DNA of 64,000 bases from Hypanus sabinus (Eukaryota). Positions 1 through 13,200 of this stretch are shown piece by piece. The position numbers were made by a program, and so were the translations under genes. Position 1 is the stretch's first letter. The number at the start of each line of letters is the position of its first letter. Under the pieces are notes generated by a model. That model was not told the DNA's origin. It saw nothing but the letters and a program-made list of their open reading frames with translations, and ran no database searches. Location: contig NC_082707.1 in the NCBI RefSeq assembly GCF_030144855.1, forward strand, positions 170,376,001 to 170,440,000, given 5' to 3'.

Positions 1-565
1 GAAATCTGGGAAGTATAGTCATTTTCACTGATTGAATTCTCCCGGCAGTAGTAAGGGGTAAACTGTGCCATCTCTCAACATCAGCCTTCACTTGGCTAAC
101 CTGAGGCCTGTAGTTAGCTTCAGAGTAACGTGTATCCCTGGGTATGCAAAACCATCTTGAGATAAAGGAAAAGGCAAAGATTCCTGTTGGATCTGTAAGG
201 CCAAGTTATTAATGGGAAAGCATTTGCTTTTTTGAAGGTTCAGTTTATAGGCAGAGAAGGCTCCAAATTGACCTAATAATGACACAATAGCAGGACTGCT
301 ACTGCAGGGTCGCTAACATAAAGTAGGAAGTCATCAGCATATAGGGATACACGGTGTTCCATGTCCCTTCTCCTAACGGCTTGAAATAATGTAGTTGACT
401 TAAGTGCAATAGAAAGAGGCTCAATTGCAATTGCAAAAAGGGGACAATGGGCAGCCCTGGCGAGTGCCACGTGTTAATGGGAAATAGTCAGAATGAGAAT
501 AATTTGTCTGTATACATGCTAAAGGCGAGTGATATAATAGCTTAACCCAGGCTACAAATACAAAA
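1..565 (-). mobile_element. L1-clade LINE ORF2 reverse-transcriptase fragment (frameshifted, runs off window start)
   Basis: Minus-strand ORFs 273-470 and 88-285 give PLFAIAIEPLSIAL, RVSLYADDFLLYV (YADD) and FSAYKLNLQKS, all typical of L1 RT; the upstream frame reads RGTRQGCPL. Confidence 0.9.
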
Positions 566-1134
566 ATTACCTTTTTTATTCAGAAATTAAGATACATTTC
601 TGAATCCAGTTCATTTGCTCAGCTTCCTTGATATTGCTGCATATGTTAGTTTTGCAGATTTATATGTTCCATTAACTCAGACATGTTTCAAAACTGACCC
701 TATTGGTTCAGAAACACAAAAGCCTTTATTGCAGTTTAACATAAACTTCAAGAAGATTCATTATAAAGTTTGTGGTTCAGCTGTAATGATCTGTATACAA
801 CTCATGGCAGAAGCCTGATTCAATAGCAACTGTAAGAAAAAATATTTCTATAAAACCTATGTTAGAAATTCCCATCCTGTACTCAGACTTCTATTTTACC
901 TTTTTTTTGAAGCAATAAGTTTGTTGTGTTGCATTCTTGAAGCATCTGGACATATGCATATGCAGTCCTTTGTTTTGGGCTGAGTGTGAAGAGTTATGGT
1001 GTAAAAGGTGTAACTGAGATCTGATACATAGACTGGTCCATAATCGGTATTGATCTGAAATCAGGGTGTGCATTTCAGCTGAGTAAGAAACCTTCATCAT
1101 CATTTACTAAACTAGGTGAAGCCATATTTGGACT

Positions 1135-3567
1135 TCTTCATCTGAAAGCTAGATCTGTGACACACAAGACTGGCGACCCAGGCCTGTACCAGAAAACCAG
1201 GTATGATTTGCGGAGGGCTATCTCTAGGGCAAAGAAACAATTTTGAATGAGGTTGGAGGCGACATCGGATGCACGACAACTCTGGCGGGGTCTACACGAC
1301 ATTACTTCCTACAAATCGAAACCCAATATCATGAATGGCAGTGGTGCTTCACTACCAGATGAACTCACCACCTTCTCTGCAAGCTTTGAAAGGGAGAACA
1401 CAACTACAGCTGTGAAGATCCCTTCTGCACCTGATGACCCTGTGATCTCCATCTCAGAGACCGATGTTAGACTGTCTTTAAAGAGATTGAATCCTTGCAA
1501 GGTGGAAGGTCCCGATGGAGTACCTGATAAGGCTCTGAAAACCTGTGCCAACCAACTAGCAGGAGTACTCAAGGACATTTTTCAAGGACAGTTTCAACTT
1601 CTCACTGCTATGGGTGGAAGTTCCCACTTGCTTCAAAAAGACAACAATTATACCAGTGCCAAAGAAGAATAATGTGAGCTGCCTTAATGACTATCGCTCA
1701 GTAATGCTCACATAGGCAGTGATGAAATGCTTTGAGAGGTTAGTTCAAAGGTCAAAGCTTCAAAGATCCAATTTAACGTCAGAGAAATGTATACAATATA
1801 CATTGCAAAATCTTTTTCTTCACAAACATCCATAAAAATAGAGAAATGCCCTAAAGAATGAATGCCAGATAAATGTAAGAACCCCAAAGTCCCCCCCAGC
1901 TCAACACCCCCATGGAAGCAGCGGTGAGCAACAATCCCTCCCTCCCCCACTGGCCCAGTGGTTTGTTCATCCTGCAGTCTGTTAAAAAGTCTGTTACACC
2001 ACTTTTTTTGAGCTCTTTGTCCATAGATCGCAAAGATCCTGTGTCTTTGGGCCCACAGCAGATATCCTGACTCCCCTGACGACACGTGGGTCTCCTGTCA
2101 TGACACCGACCCTCGATCTGCCCGTCTCCAGAGCCCTGAGATCTTAAGCTTCTAAATTCAAGCCGGACTCTCAGGTTGAACCCTTGGTGTGCTGAACAAT
2201 GGCCAGACTGAACTAGTCTAGTTCATGACTAGACTGCACTCCTGCCTCAGCAAGGACCTGCACCCATTGCAGTTTGCTTATTGTCACAACAGGTCAACGG
2301 CAGACACAATCTCAATGGCTCTCCATACGGCTTTAGCCCAGCTGGACAACACAAACACCTACGTCAGGATGCTGTTCATCAACTGTATCTCAACGTTTAA
2401 TACCATCATTCCCACAATCCTGACTGAGAAGTCGCAGAACCTGGGCCTCTGTACTTCCCCCTGTAATTGGATCTCGACTTCCTAACCGGAAGACCACAAT
2501 CTGTGTGCATTGATGATAACATCTCCTCCTTGCTGACGATCAACACTGGTGCACCTCAGGGGTGTGTGCTTAGCCCACTGCTCTACTGCCTATATACACA
2601 TGACTGTGTGGCTAGGCATAGCTCAAATATCATCTATAAATTTGCTGACGATGCAACCATTGTTGTCAGAATCTCAGGTGGTGAGGAGAGGGCATACAGG
2701 AGTGAGATATGCCAACTAGTGGAATGGTGCCGCAGCACAACCTGGCACTCAATATCAGTAAGATGAAAGAGCAGTTTGTGGACTTCAGGAAGGGTAAGAT
2801 GAAGGAACACATACCAATCCTCAGAGAGGGATCAGAAGTGGAGAGAGTGAGCAGTTTCAAGTTCCTGTGTGTCAAGATCTCTGAGGATCTAACCTTGTCC
2901 CAACATATCGATGTAGTTATAAAGAAGGCAAGACAGTGGCTATATTTTATTAGGAGTTTGAAGAGATTTGGCATGTCAACAAATACACTTGAAAACTTCT
3001 ATAGTTGTACTGTGGAGAACATTCTGACAGGCTGTACAGCTGTCTGGTGTGGGGGGAGGGAAGGACTACTGCACAGGACCGAAGAAGCTACAGAAGGTTG
3101 TAAATCTAGTCAGCTCCATCTTGGGTACTAGCCTACAAAGTACCCAGGGCATCTTTAGGGAGTGGTGTCTCAGAAAGGCAGCGTCCATATTAAGGACCTC
3201 CAGCACCCAGGACATGCCCTTTTCTCACTGTTACCATCAGGTAGGAGGTACAGAAGCCTGAAGACACACACTCAGCGATTCAGGAACAGCTTCTTCCTCT
3301 CTGCCATCCGATTCCTAAATGGACATTGAAGCTTTGGACACTACCTCACTTTTTAAAATATACAGTATTTCTGTTTTTGCATGCTTTTTAAATGTATTCA
3401 GTATATGTATACCATAATTGATTTACTTATTTATTATTATATTTTAATTTATTTTATTTATTATTATTTTTTCTCCCTGCTAGATTATGTATTGCATTGA
3501 ACTGCTGCTGCTAAGTTAACAAGTTTCACGTCACATGCTGGTGATAATAAAACTGATTCTGATTCTG
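1135..3567 (+). mobile_element. Rex1/Babar LINE, 5'-truncated, degenerate RT plus 3' UTR and tail
   Basis: ORF pieces [61 protein letters not shown] and KKARQWLYFIRSLKRFG; ends AATAAAACTGATTCTGATTCTG. Confidence 0.9.
1748..2218 (-). mobile_element. Non-coding retroposon inserted into the Rex1 RT
   Basis: Interrupts the Rex1 frame (MKCFERL|VMTR); flanked by a 7-bp direct repeat TAGTTCA (1741-1747, 2219-2225); minus-strand 3' end carries CTTTGA-type tail repeats. Confidence 0.75.
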
Positions 3568-4479
3568 TCGCTCAGTTGTCAGAAAATGCCTGTTACTGTA
3601 TATAATTTGAACTTTACCATACTGCCTAGGTGGATCACCGCTGCCTTAATTTCTGATGTTCTCTATTATTATTTCATGGACAATGCTCCTTTTGATAAGA
3701 AACTGATGTTCCATATTTAACACTTGCTTGCATAATACTCGCAGAGGGATTCGGCTGAGTAAGCTACCTCTATGCTCTATGATTCTGTGAATACAAAACA
3801 CCACAAAGATCAGGTTAGAGGACAAGCATATTTCTGGTTTTGTCATTAAACACAGGCACATTGTTGTGAAAAGTATCTCGGATCAGAGGGATAAGTATAC
3901 TGTATATTCTTATTATTTATTGTTTTCTCTTTTTTTTGACATTTTAGTTTTTCTCCAGAGGCTAAGAAGTCAATTGAGAAAATATTGGCAATACTTTCTA
4001 ATCTTTCTGGATGTCTTTAGGGATTATGTAACTACTAATGTGTTCCCAACATAATCAGTTGTTACAATTATCTGGTAGAAAGAATGTGCTAACAGAATTG
4101 GTAATGAGATTTCTGCATCTCTGTCCACAGAGCAAACCAGCCACAGAGCATATAATTTGCTTTTCAGAGGGGAAGGAAATGTGCTTCTGCTCCCATTGCT
4201 CTTTTTGATGTCTGTTGATAGCCACAACGTGTCATTGTTCCAAGGTCTGCTCAGAGATATTGTGAGGAGGAGGATAGAGAGATTTCTATAGGATATAGAA
4301 ATGGAGAGAGGCATGGGTAATGAAACTCAACACAAAGGTGTTTGAATCCATTCATTTTGCTATTCAGAGATGGTACAGTTTTAAAAGGAGAGAAGGAATA
4401 GATTAACTTTTGGAGAGGAGGCAGTGGTGGACCTACACGCCTTGAACAATATGAGGAGGCTATTGAAATTATATACTGA

Positions 4480-4880
4480 ATGCAGCTTTTGGCTATACTA
4501 ATAAAGGCATTTCATGAAAAATCCAGAATATTATGATAAGCTTTTAGAAAACATTGTTAAGGCCCCTGCTAGGATAATGTCTCCTGTACTGGGCACCAAA
4601 TACTTAGAGGGATGGCAAGACCTATGAGAGTTGGCAGAAAAGAAAGTTACAAGGTTTGAATGACTTTAATTGCTGTGAGATTAAATAAACCTATCCTTTT
4701 GCACAGAATGGAGATTTGACAGAAATATTCAGAGTATTGAAGCCTTTTGATAGAATGAAACAGTTAAAACTGCTTCCTGAAGTCAAGGTTTTAAGGTGAT
4801 TCTTAAAGGAAGCAGTGATGGCATGAGAAACATTGGTTTTTATGATGTGGAATGCACTGGTTAGAAGAGTATGGAAGATG
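4480..4880 (+). mobile_element. Old, highly degraded CR1-like LINE 3' fragment
   Basis: Residual similarity to the CR1 ORF2 C-terminal region found intact elsewhere in the window (e.g. ...LYKTLVRP.L.YC...WAP-like sequence). Confidence 0.5.
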
Positions 4881-5429
4881 ATCCAGCTGGAAGTGCCAGA
4901 GGAGCTACCAGGCATCTCTATCCGTGTTCAGCTCTCTGATTGCCTATTGAGGTGTCCAAATTATAGAGAAGCAAGAGGTCACATGTTACAGCATCTGAAC
5001 TCCCTTGCTGGATTTATAACTAAAGCCTTTGGAATATTGGTGTTACTTTGAGGAAAGAACCCTGTTGCACCTTTAGTGTTCTGTTGAGGTAGTTTGGGTG
5101 AATAAGCAGAAACCCCATTCCAATCCAATGGAGAAAAAACATAAAGTCAAGTTATTTCACTATATTTTGATGATTTTATATATGGATTAGGATTTAAAAT
5201 TTGTATTTTTTACATTTTTCTTTACATTTTTAATGTTTATTTCAATTGGGGAAGTCTTTTAGAAAATTTAAAAAATCTTTGATCTCTGTTTCAATTCAGT
5301 CTATAGGTTTTAAAGGTGGCTAGTTGTTATCAAAAGCTGTAATTAGTTTACAGGGAGTGGCTGCAGTGGTAAGGACATAGAGGATAATTGTCCTTATCAT
5401 TTATAGAATATGGAATATGCAAAAGTATG

Positions 5430-5860
5430 TCACAGAAACAGGCTTGGTCCAAGATATCTGTGCCAACCTTGACGCCAACTTAAACTTAAATCCCATCTTC
5501 CTATATGTGGTCAATATCCCTCCATTTCCTGCCTGTTGTATGTGCCTGTGAAAGTGCTTGGAATCATAGTGTAAGTAATACATCACAGACACATGTCCTT
5601 CAGTCCGACTGGTCAATGGCAACCACAATATCCTCCCTGCTAGTCCTAATTGCCTGCATTTGACCCATGACCTTCAAAGACCTTCTCTTCCATGCACCTA
5701 TCTAAATCTCTCTCAAATGTTTCAATTGTACCTGCTTCTCCCACATCCTCTGGCAGCTCATTCCAGGTATTTGCTACATAAATAATTTACCTCTTAGGTC
5801 TCTTTTAAAGCTTTCCCTTCTTATCTTCTATCTGTAGCTTCTAGTTTTGGACTTCCTAAT
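5430..5860 (-). mobile_element. CR1 LINE 3'-end fragments (two degraded pieces)
   Basis: Similar to the CR1 3' ends at 23775-24000 and 63150-63400 (ACAGAAACAGG..., CCATG.ACCTATC.AAAT, GGCAGCTCATTCCA). Confidence 0.55.
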
Positions 5861-5862
5861 CC

Positions 5863-6240
5863 TAGGGTGGGGTGGTGGGGAGACGTCTCTACCAAAGGAG
5901 GTGTAAGGTATTCCTTCCCTCTGCTAGCCTGCAAGTCACTCTTGGGCAAAGTGTAGCATCTGTTTACCTGCCCAATCCGACTCACATGAAGCCATGGGAG
6001 CAGGTAGTGCATGGTTGTGTGAGCAGCCGGTGGATATCACAAGTCCTGCTTATGTGGCCATTGACACCAGGCAGACAATCTCTGAAGGGTATTGATAATG
6101 GCTGGGGTCATCTGTCTTATAAAGACACTGCCCAGAAGAAGGCAGTGGCAAACTGCTTCTGTAGAAAAATTTGCCAAGAACAACCATGGTCATGGAAAGA
6201 CCATGATCGCCCATGTCATATGACATGGTACATAATGAAC
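5863..6240 (+). mobile_element. Non-autonomous SINE-like retroposon with RTE/Vingi-type 3' region
   Basis: GC-richer block ending GAAGAAGGCAGTGGCAAAC...TTGCCAAGAACAACCATGG, resembling the 3' motif of RTE/Vingi-mobilised SINEs; no ORF. Confidence 0.5.
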
Positions 6241-6249
6241 AAGTCTTGT

Positions 6250-6972
6250 CCATTTTCACCTGTGAGTCTGTTGGGGTCCTGTGCTCCTGGTGTGGCCTTC
6301 TGTATATTAGTGAGACCCGACATAGACTGGGAGACTGCTGCTTTGTTGAGCACCTTTGTTCTGTCTACTTCAAAAAGTGGCATTTCCTGGTGGTCACCCA
6401 TTTCAATTCTACTTCCCATTCCCATTCTGACATGTCAGTCCATGCCTCCTCTACTGCCATGATAAGGCCACACTCAGGTTGGAAGAGCAGCACGTCATAT
6501 TCTGTTTGAGTAGCCTCCATGAACATTGATTTCTCATAGTTCTCTAACTTACTTTCCTTCACCAATTCCTGTTTGTATTTCCCTCTCATGCCTTCTCTTC
6601 TTACCTGCCCATCATCTCCCTCTTGAGCTCCTCCCCCTTCACTTTGTTGAAGGCTCTTCAATCCTCTCCTGTCAGGTTCACCCTTCTCCAGCCCTTATCT
6701 CTTCCACCAATCAACTTCCCAGCTCTTTACTTCACCCCTCCCCTCTTCCAATTTCACCTATCACCTGCCACCTTGTACTTCTTCCTTCTCCCCGCCCACC
6801 TTCTTATTCTGACTGCTTCCCCCTTCCTTCCCAGTCCTGATGAAGGATCTTGGCTCTAAACATCGACTGCTTACTCTTTTCCATTAGTGTTGCCTGGCCT
6901 GCTGAGTTTCTCCAGCATTTTGTGTGTGTTGTTTTGGATTTACATCATCTGCAGAATTTCTCTTGTTTGTGA
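6250..6972 (+). mobile_element. Penelope-like element (Neptune-type), GIY-YIG remnant plus terminal repeat
   Basis: CSWCGLLYISETRHRLGD..EH..HFNSTSHSH; pyrimidine-rich 3' region, decayed hammerhead at 6832-6869 and GCATTTTGTGTGTGTTG end shared with the other copies. Confidence 0.85.
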
Positions 6973-6989
6973 TCTACTACCCCACATGA

Positions 6990-7430
6990 TTTTTTAACTC
7001 CTTTGAAGTCACCTGTCATTTTTCTAGGCTCCAGAGAATAAAAATCCAATGTGGCAAACCTCCCCATATAACCCAGACCCTCCAGTCCAGCCAGCATCCT
7101 CATAAATCTCTTCTATACCTTATAACAGAGTGACCAAACCTGTGCAGTTTCACCAACAACTTGTATATTTGCAACATTATATCTCTATTCCTAAACATGA
7201 TGCCCTGATTGACAATGGACAGTACACTAAATGCCTTCTTCATTGCCCTGTCGACTTGCCTGGCCACTTTCAGTGAACTATGCACTTTCACTCCAAGGCT
7301 CCTCTGTTCCACAACACTTGTCGGTGCTTTGCTATTCACTGTATCAGTCCTATCCTGGGTTTGAATGTCCAAAATGCATCTCCTCACAGCTATCTAAGTT
7401 AAATCCATCTACTCAACTGATCAAGATCTC
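6990..7430 (-). mobile_element. CR1 LINE ORF2 fragment
   Basis: ORF 7100-7387: QRSLGVKVHSSLKVARQVDRAMKKAFSVL..RDIMLQIYKLLV. Confidence 0.8.
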
Positions 7431-7519
7431 TTTGCAATTTCACTATCAACAAGACCTCCTCTTTTAAAAGTTGCTATCATACCTGCTTCTGAAAAGGATC
7501 TAGTGTTTTCCTGGCATAC

Positions 7520-9265
7520 ATGATGTACAAACTCTTCTCGGTCTTCCCGTGGGTACAGGTGTCAATTTTAACTGATGATTCAATGACAAGCTCTGCCATC
7601 TTCATCAGGAATGTTGTCTAGGCACGTCTAGTCAGGTGATATATGTACTCAAATTCTATTGTCTGTTCCTCCTGATTGGTTAGTCCTTGACCAATCAGGT
7701 TTCTGTTACCCCACCTGGTTTAAAATTGTATTCCTTTCTTACTTAGGCTACGTCCACACTACACCAGATAAATCCATAACCAAAGCTTTTTCTCTTCGTT
7801 TTTACCCTCCATCCACACCAAAATGGCATTTTAGTCCACTGAAAATGGAAATTTTCAGAAAAGCCCTCCAGAGTGTGTAAATTTGAAAGTGCCAGATTGA
7901 CCGGAGCAGTGTGGACTGGGTAACCGGAGAAATCTAAAAACGCTGTCATGACGTGTGGAACAGTTGGTGACAGCAGCGCGCCATTTCATTGTTTTCTTGA
8001 ACGCAACCTAACAATTTCAGAACAGGTGGCAACAAGACTGAAGCCATGAAGAGTTAGAAATGTACTCACCAAACACTTCGACCCATAACTTACTGAATAA
8101 ATAAGTAAACTCACTTTGTCCTATTTCCTGTCCTTGCTCGTATGAAGATGGTTTCCCTACTTATGCAAGTACTTCTCTGACAATAGATGTGTAACACCCT
8201 AATGTAACATTGTATGGAAATACAAGATAATACTGATGCAGACATGTTTTATACATTTAACAAGGGGCTTTATTAATGCAACAGAGTTCGTCAGTTTTTC
8301 AATGTTCGTCGTCAGCCGGGTCATACTGTCTGTGAATTCCCTGTCAGTTGCCTCCACACGCTCCAGTATTTGTTTTTTTAAGTCCTCCTGCATGAGAGCC
8401 AACAGCTGTTCGTCGTTTAAGTTTTTCTAGTCTGTAACTGAACAAATGTCTTTCACGGCAAGATTCGACACCAAAAGTGTTGCTTGTTTTCAGTAGATGT
8501 GTCCTGCGCATGCACAATAGTAGGGGATTCACTGAAATATTCATTTTAATGTGGACAGAGATATTTTAAAAAATGCCTAGTGTGGATGCCTATTGTTTTT
8601 ACGTGAAACCGGCATTTTCAAAATTATCTGGTCTAGTGTGGATGTAGCCTTAGAGTGAGACCTACGTCTTTGTTAAAATTCTGATTCTCTAGTCTTATTT
8701 CAATGGCTTCCTTCATCAGGCAGTTCCAAAAGCCACTGGTGCACAACAGTAGTTTCGTGCCATTGAAATTGATCCTGTGGTCATTGCATATGCAGTGTTC
8801 TGCTACTGACAATTTCTCCGCGTAACCGATATGGATACACCTCCTGTGCTCCATGATGCGGGTCCCCATCTAGCCGATATACATTGCTCCGCATTCATAG
8901 AGAATCCTGTAAACGCTAGCTGTCCTGAGTCCCAGGTTAGCTTTGAACCACATAAGATAGGATTTGAGCTTCCGTATGGGTTTGTGGATAGTATTAATCC
9001 AGTATTTCGTCAGTATCCTGGCGATCCTTCCAGAATCTGTGGAAAGACAGGAGGTAGTGACGGGTTCTTCTTCATTGTTAGGCTTCCTGGTTTTTCTGTC
9101 AGCCCTTTTAAGGGGCCAGTTGATTTCCTTCGGCTTGTAGCCACTCTGTAGGAACACCCTGATGGAGAAGGCTTTACCCGTGCTGGACTGGAATGTGTCC
9201 ACTGTGCTTTGTAGGATTTTCCGTTCAAGGGCATTGGTGTTTCCATACCAGTCAAAGTACTCCCC
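7520..9265 (-). mobile_element. Penelope-like element (Penelope/Poseidon-type), RT C-terminus plus GIY-YIG, split by a Harbinger insertion
   Basis: ORFs 8870-9202 and 8633-8869: VFLQSGY, GRIARIL..INTIHKP, VYRILYECGAMYIG, RIMEHRRC, SVAEHC, KEAIEIR..NFNKDVG; the element resumes at 7745 and carries a hammerhead-like CTGATGA motif near 7569-7611. Confidence 0.85.
7746..8649. mobile_element. Non-autonomous PIF/Harbinger DNA transposon
   Basis: TIRs GGCTACGTCCACACTA / TAGTGTGGATGTAGCC; 3-bp TSD TTA (7743-7745, 8650-8652); internal coiled-coil-like ORF remnant 8199-8402. Confidence 0.9.
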
Positions 9266-9319
9266 ACCATTGTGATACAGCTAGTCAAAGTACTCTCCAC
9301 TACTAAAGTCTGTGATAAC

Positions 9320-10200
9320 TATGGTAATTTCATTCAGATCCATAGATAAGTCCTATTTACACGGCCCAGTCCACTGACTCGAAGCAAAGCTGCTCCTCTG
9401 CGTGACCATCTCTTTGTTGTCCTAATCTCTGGAGCTTTGCTCTTTAGCCTCTGTCTGAGTGCAGGTAGGAGAAGGCCAGCCGAGTGATCTGATATACCGA
9501 AATGCCGTCTGAGCATGGAACGGTAGGCATTCCTTATCTTAGTGAAACAGTGTTCTAGTGTGTTTGGGTCTCTGGTGCTACAGGTTATATGTTGATGATA
9601 ATTAGGCAGGGATTTCTTCAGCAAGCATGGTTGAAGTCTACAACTATGATTGGAGATGCGTTGGGATGGACTGTTTCTTGTTTGAGACCAATGTCATGCA
9701 GTATCTCAGATGCTTGACTATGGTTGGCTACTGGTGGTATGTAAGCTGCTGTCAGGAATATGAAGGAGAGCTACACTGGTCAGTAGAACATGGGATTGAC
9801 AAAACTGAGAGCATCGGAGCACCACCTAGAACTTATGAATCACGCACCTTCACCTTTTGCCTTTTCAGAAACAGCAGTTCGGTTCATCCTGTGAGTTGAG
9901 AAGCCTTTAGGTCTGATCGCTGTATCTGGTGTGCTGAGAGTAAGCCATGTCTCAGATACATGCAGAACGCACCAATCTCTCATTTTCCTTCAATACAGTA
10001 ATCTTGTCCTCAGGTCCTCAGTTAGGTTCTCCAGCTACCTCACATCTGCTGACAAAATGCTGGATAGAGGGAGTTTCATTTCTCTATCTTTCATCCTCAC
10101 TTCTGGCTATGGTATGAACCTTCGTCTGCTTAAAGGCGCCATGCCCTCTTCCTTGAGAGTTTAGTCTGCTGAGTCCTTTGGAAGATAGTGAAATCTGTAG
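9320..10200 (-). mobile_element. Rex1/Babar LINE AP-endonuclease region fragment
   Basis: ORF 9334-9624: YHQHITCSTRDPNTLEHCFTKIRNAYRS..HFGISDHSAGLLLP; an ETWL motif lies upstream (~9940-9955). Confidence 0.85.
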
Positions 10201-13200
10201 TTCATTAAGGCAAATTAAAATATTTTTGCTTAAATGGAAATCACATGCGGTAGATTGCGGATAGAGTAATTCTCACTGTAAGAATAAGAGATAGAGGCCA
10301 GAGAGAGTAAGGTGACAGTTTGACCCTGTTGCCCTACTTAAACTTTGGATGTTAATATTATTTTGCACATTTTTTTACTGTCAGTCTTAATAACTTTACT
10401 CAAGTTGCTGTGTATAATCCAGGGAGGAAATGTGTAACTTTGAGTGAGATGTTGGCCTGACTAGCTGGAAGCAGGAACAAGTAGATAGTCTGCAAATTTC
10501 TGCAGGGTTTTGATTGGTTCACACATTGCCTTAATTTGGCATTGTCTTGAGCTGCAGTAAAGAAGCCTGGGCAGTTATGTAGAATTGAGAGATTAATGGA
10601 ACGGGCAAAGAGGAATACTTCAAAAACTCAGCACCATGGAGGGATCTTTACAACTCTCACAGATGGGCATTCGGAGAATTGACAACAGCAGCACAACTTT
10701 ACTGAACTGAAAGTCTTAGAACATCTCGAAGATTTTCACATCCAAAGAATTTCCATCAAAGTGGAGTGGTTGATACATTTATCGAAAACAGGACATCATT
10801 GTGTTATTTATTAAGAATATTAAATTGCTTTATTTTGGTACATTCTAATTAGCTGTATTAGGCATTATGTGGCTGGGCTCTGATCTACAAACATGTAGAC
10901 TACTGCTATGTCTTGAAGGAAGTGAAAGGAAAAACTGGTGATGAATTGACAGTCGTGTGTTAAGAACAATCTGACTCTTAATTCATTCTTCTGCATAAAG
11001 ACTTTTAATGACAGCTTGTCAGCTTGTACTAATGTGTTGTTCCTAATTACTGGGAAGCTTAATGATTTGGAGCTGCAATAATTAACTGATAGAACAACAC
11101 TTCAAAACTTGGTTTCAGAACAAAACTGGGTTAATATAATTACTTCCTATAGCCCAGTTTGAAGTATTTTTAAGACATTTATTTCAATCATTATTCAAAT
11201 ATTTTTTCCAATTTATGAAATGTATCCAGAGCAGCTTTTCCAGTTAAGTGGGTGTTAGATTAAATTTTGAATCACTTTTCTACCTGAATATAAAGATGAA
11301 ATGTAGTCAAATGTAACATTAAAAGATTAGATAATTATCAATAATGAATAAATACATGTTTGCTGGAAGAATTGTCCATTCTGAAGCCCAGAAATCAAGT
11401 GATTTCTTTTAGGCTTCAGCAAAAACACAAAATCTTTAAGTAGTTTAATATATATGATAATAAAGTACATACATTTCTCAAAAAACATACAGAAATTCAT
11501 TAAATTACCCATCCCCAAGGCTCTTAAAATTGAAAAGAATAAAACATTCATACTGTGATTAGAATTCAAGACAGGGATATCAACAGCTTGAGAAACTATT
11601 GGCAGACTTTCCAGCATCATGGGCACCTATGACAACTATAAACTAAACCAATTCCAATTCCAAATCAGTATGAATCAGAGACCATTAGAGTAGAATACTG
11701 GATTGTAATGTTGGGTTGTAATACTGGGTTGTATCTTTCGGACTGAGTGGTTTGTAATCCTTCTCTGATGTGCCTTAACTTTTTTACAAGAAAATCTGTA
11801 GTATAGTAAATACCAAATATAACTTTATTCTGTTCCATCTTAGAGAAGAGTTTTCAAGAATGTTCCATAATTTGAATGAGGTCTGCCAACGTAATCTACA
11901 GTACCTCCACATATTAATTATATGCCCTTCTTTCACCATGTTTGCATTAGGTTACATGCTTGACCAGTAAAATGAGTGGCTGTCAAAAGGGAAAGGAACA
12001 GATTTTTACTGTGCACTGACAACATTGCAACATGGTCTGAGGCAGAGGAGTGAAGCTTTTCAATCAGAAACATAAAGAGATTACATTATATTCTCTCAGA
12101 ATTCAGTAGTGTTGGACATTTTACTGGCTCTTATATTAGATTTTTTAAACTCCCTTTCCAGTCACCTGTTAAAAGAGTTTGTACTACTGCTGGATCTGAG
12201 AACTAACAGGGGTATGTTAAGTTCAGCAAAGCACCTGGGACCTTAGTGAATGACAAGGCCAACAGTCCATCTTCTTAAACAAAACCAGTTGAAGAAACAA
12301 AAGGAGAAAAGAATATGGAAGACGTGTTAGTGTCAAGTTAAGCATTTAAAAAAGAAGTGGATTAATAGAGAAAAATGAAGCAGAAAGGGATGGCAAGAAA
12401 TTTCTAAATAATCTAATTTTAAAACCTATAGGAATAACTTTCTGCCTTTTAGACATCACGGTTTCAATTGCTCTCTGAATTTGAGAATGAATATTATGAC
12501 CAACACTCAGCCACAGATTATACATGCATGTAGAGACACATGGGGAGTCTGATGGCTGTTAAAGGCTCCTGGTTGCTCAATAATCTGTGTTGATTCACAA
12601 ATGATGGCATATCTTTCCCTTGCCACATTTCTAATTTATTTATACACCAATAACAGCAAAGGTATTAAGTTTCCAGCAAATTCCATGCCAGCATTTTAAT
12701 CAAGTAGCAAATTATTCCACCTACAGATTGAATTGCTGATTCATAAAGAATAATGTTAATGTTATCTTTGTTCTAGAAGATCAATGCAAGGGAAACCATA
12801 CTTCCCGGGTGTAAAATGTAAAGCTTTTCTTTCTCTTTAGCATTCCAAATACACATGTTATGGAACAATGTCCTCATTAAGCTTAGTTGTTGTACAAGAA
12901 GGGTAAATGTTAGAAAGAATTGCTGAGTAGAATACTTAAGTGTGTTTTGTACCTGCTGGAAGTAACATTGTGCTGTAATAGAGTAATGAGGCAATTGTAG
13001 TGGTTTAGTTGTTCTATTTGGGAATAGTTAAACTCTTGTGCAGTTTAACCGATTTTTGTGAAACAGCAACAGGAGAATATGTCCTGAAGTAAGAAACAGC
13101 ACCACGTGAACCCCAAATTAACACTTTCGAACATCTAGAATGCCAAAGTGGAGAAATGGTTAGTGTCAACTGGAGTTTTGTGGAACAAGTATAAACAACT

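Noticed and set aside
1-565. Link between this L1 RT fragment and the 3'-truncated L1 at 56711-58522
   Set aside because: Same strand but 56 kb apart with unique sequence between them; no evidence that they are one element.
5872-6462. 196-aa ORF, one of the longest in the track
   Set aside because: Chance read-through across a SINE-like element and an off-frame PLE fragment; no domain signal.
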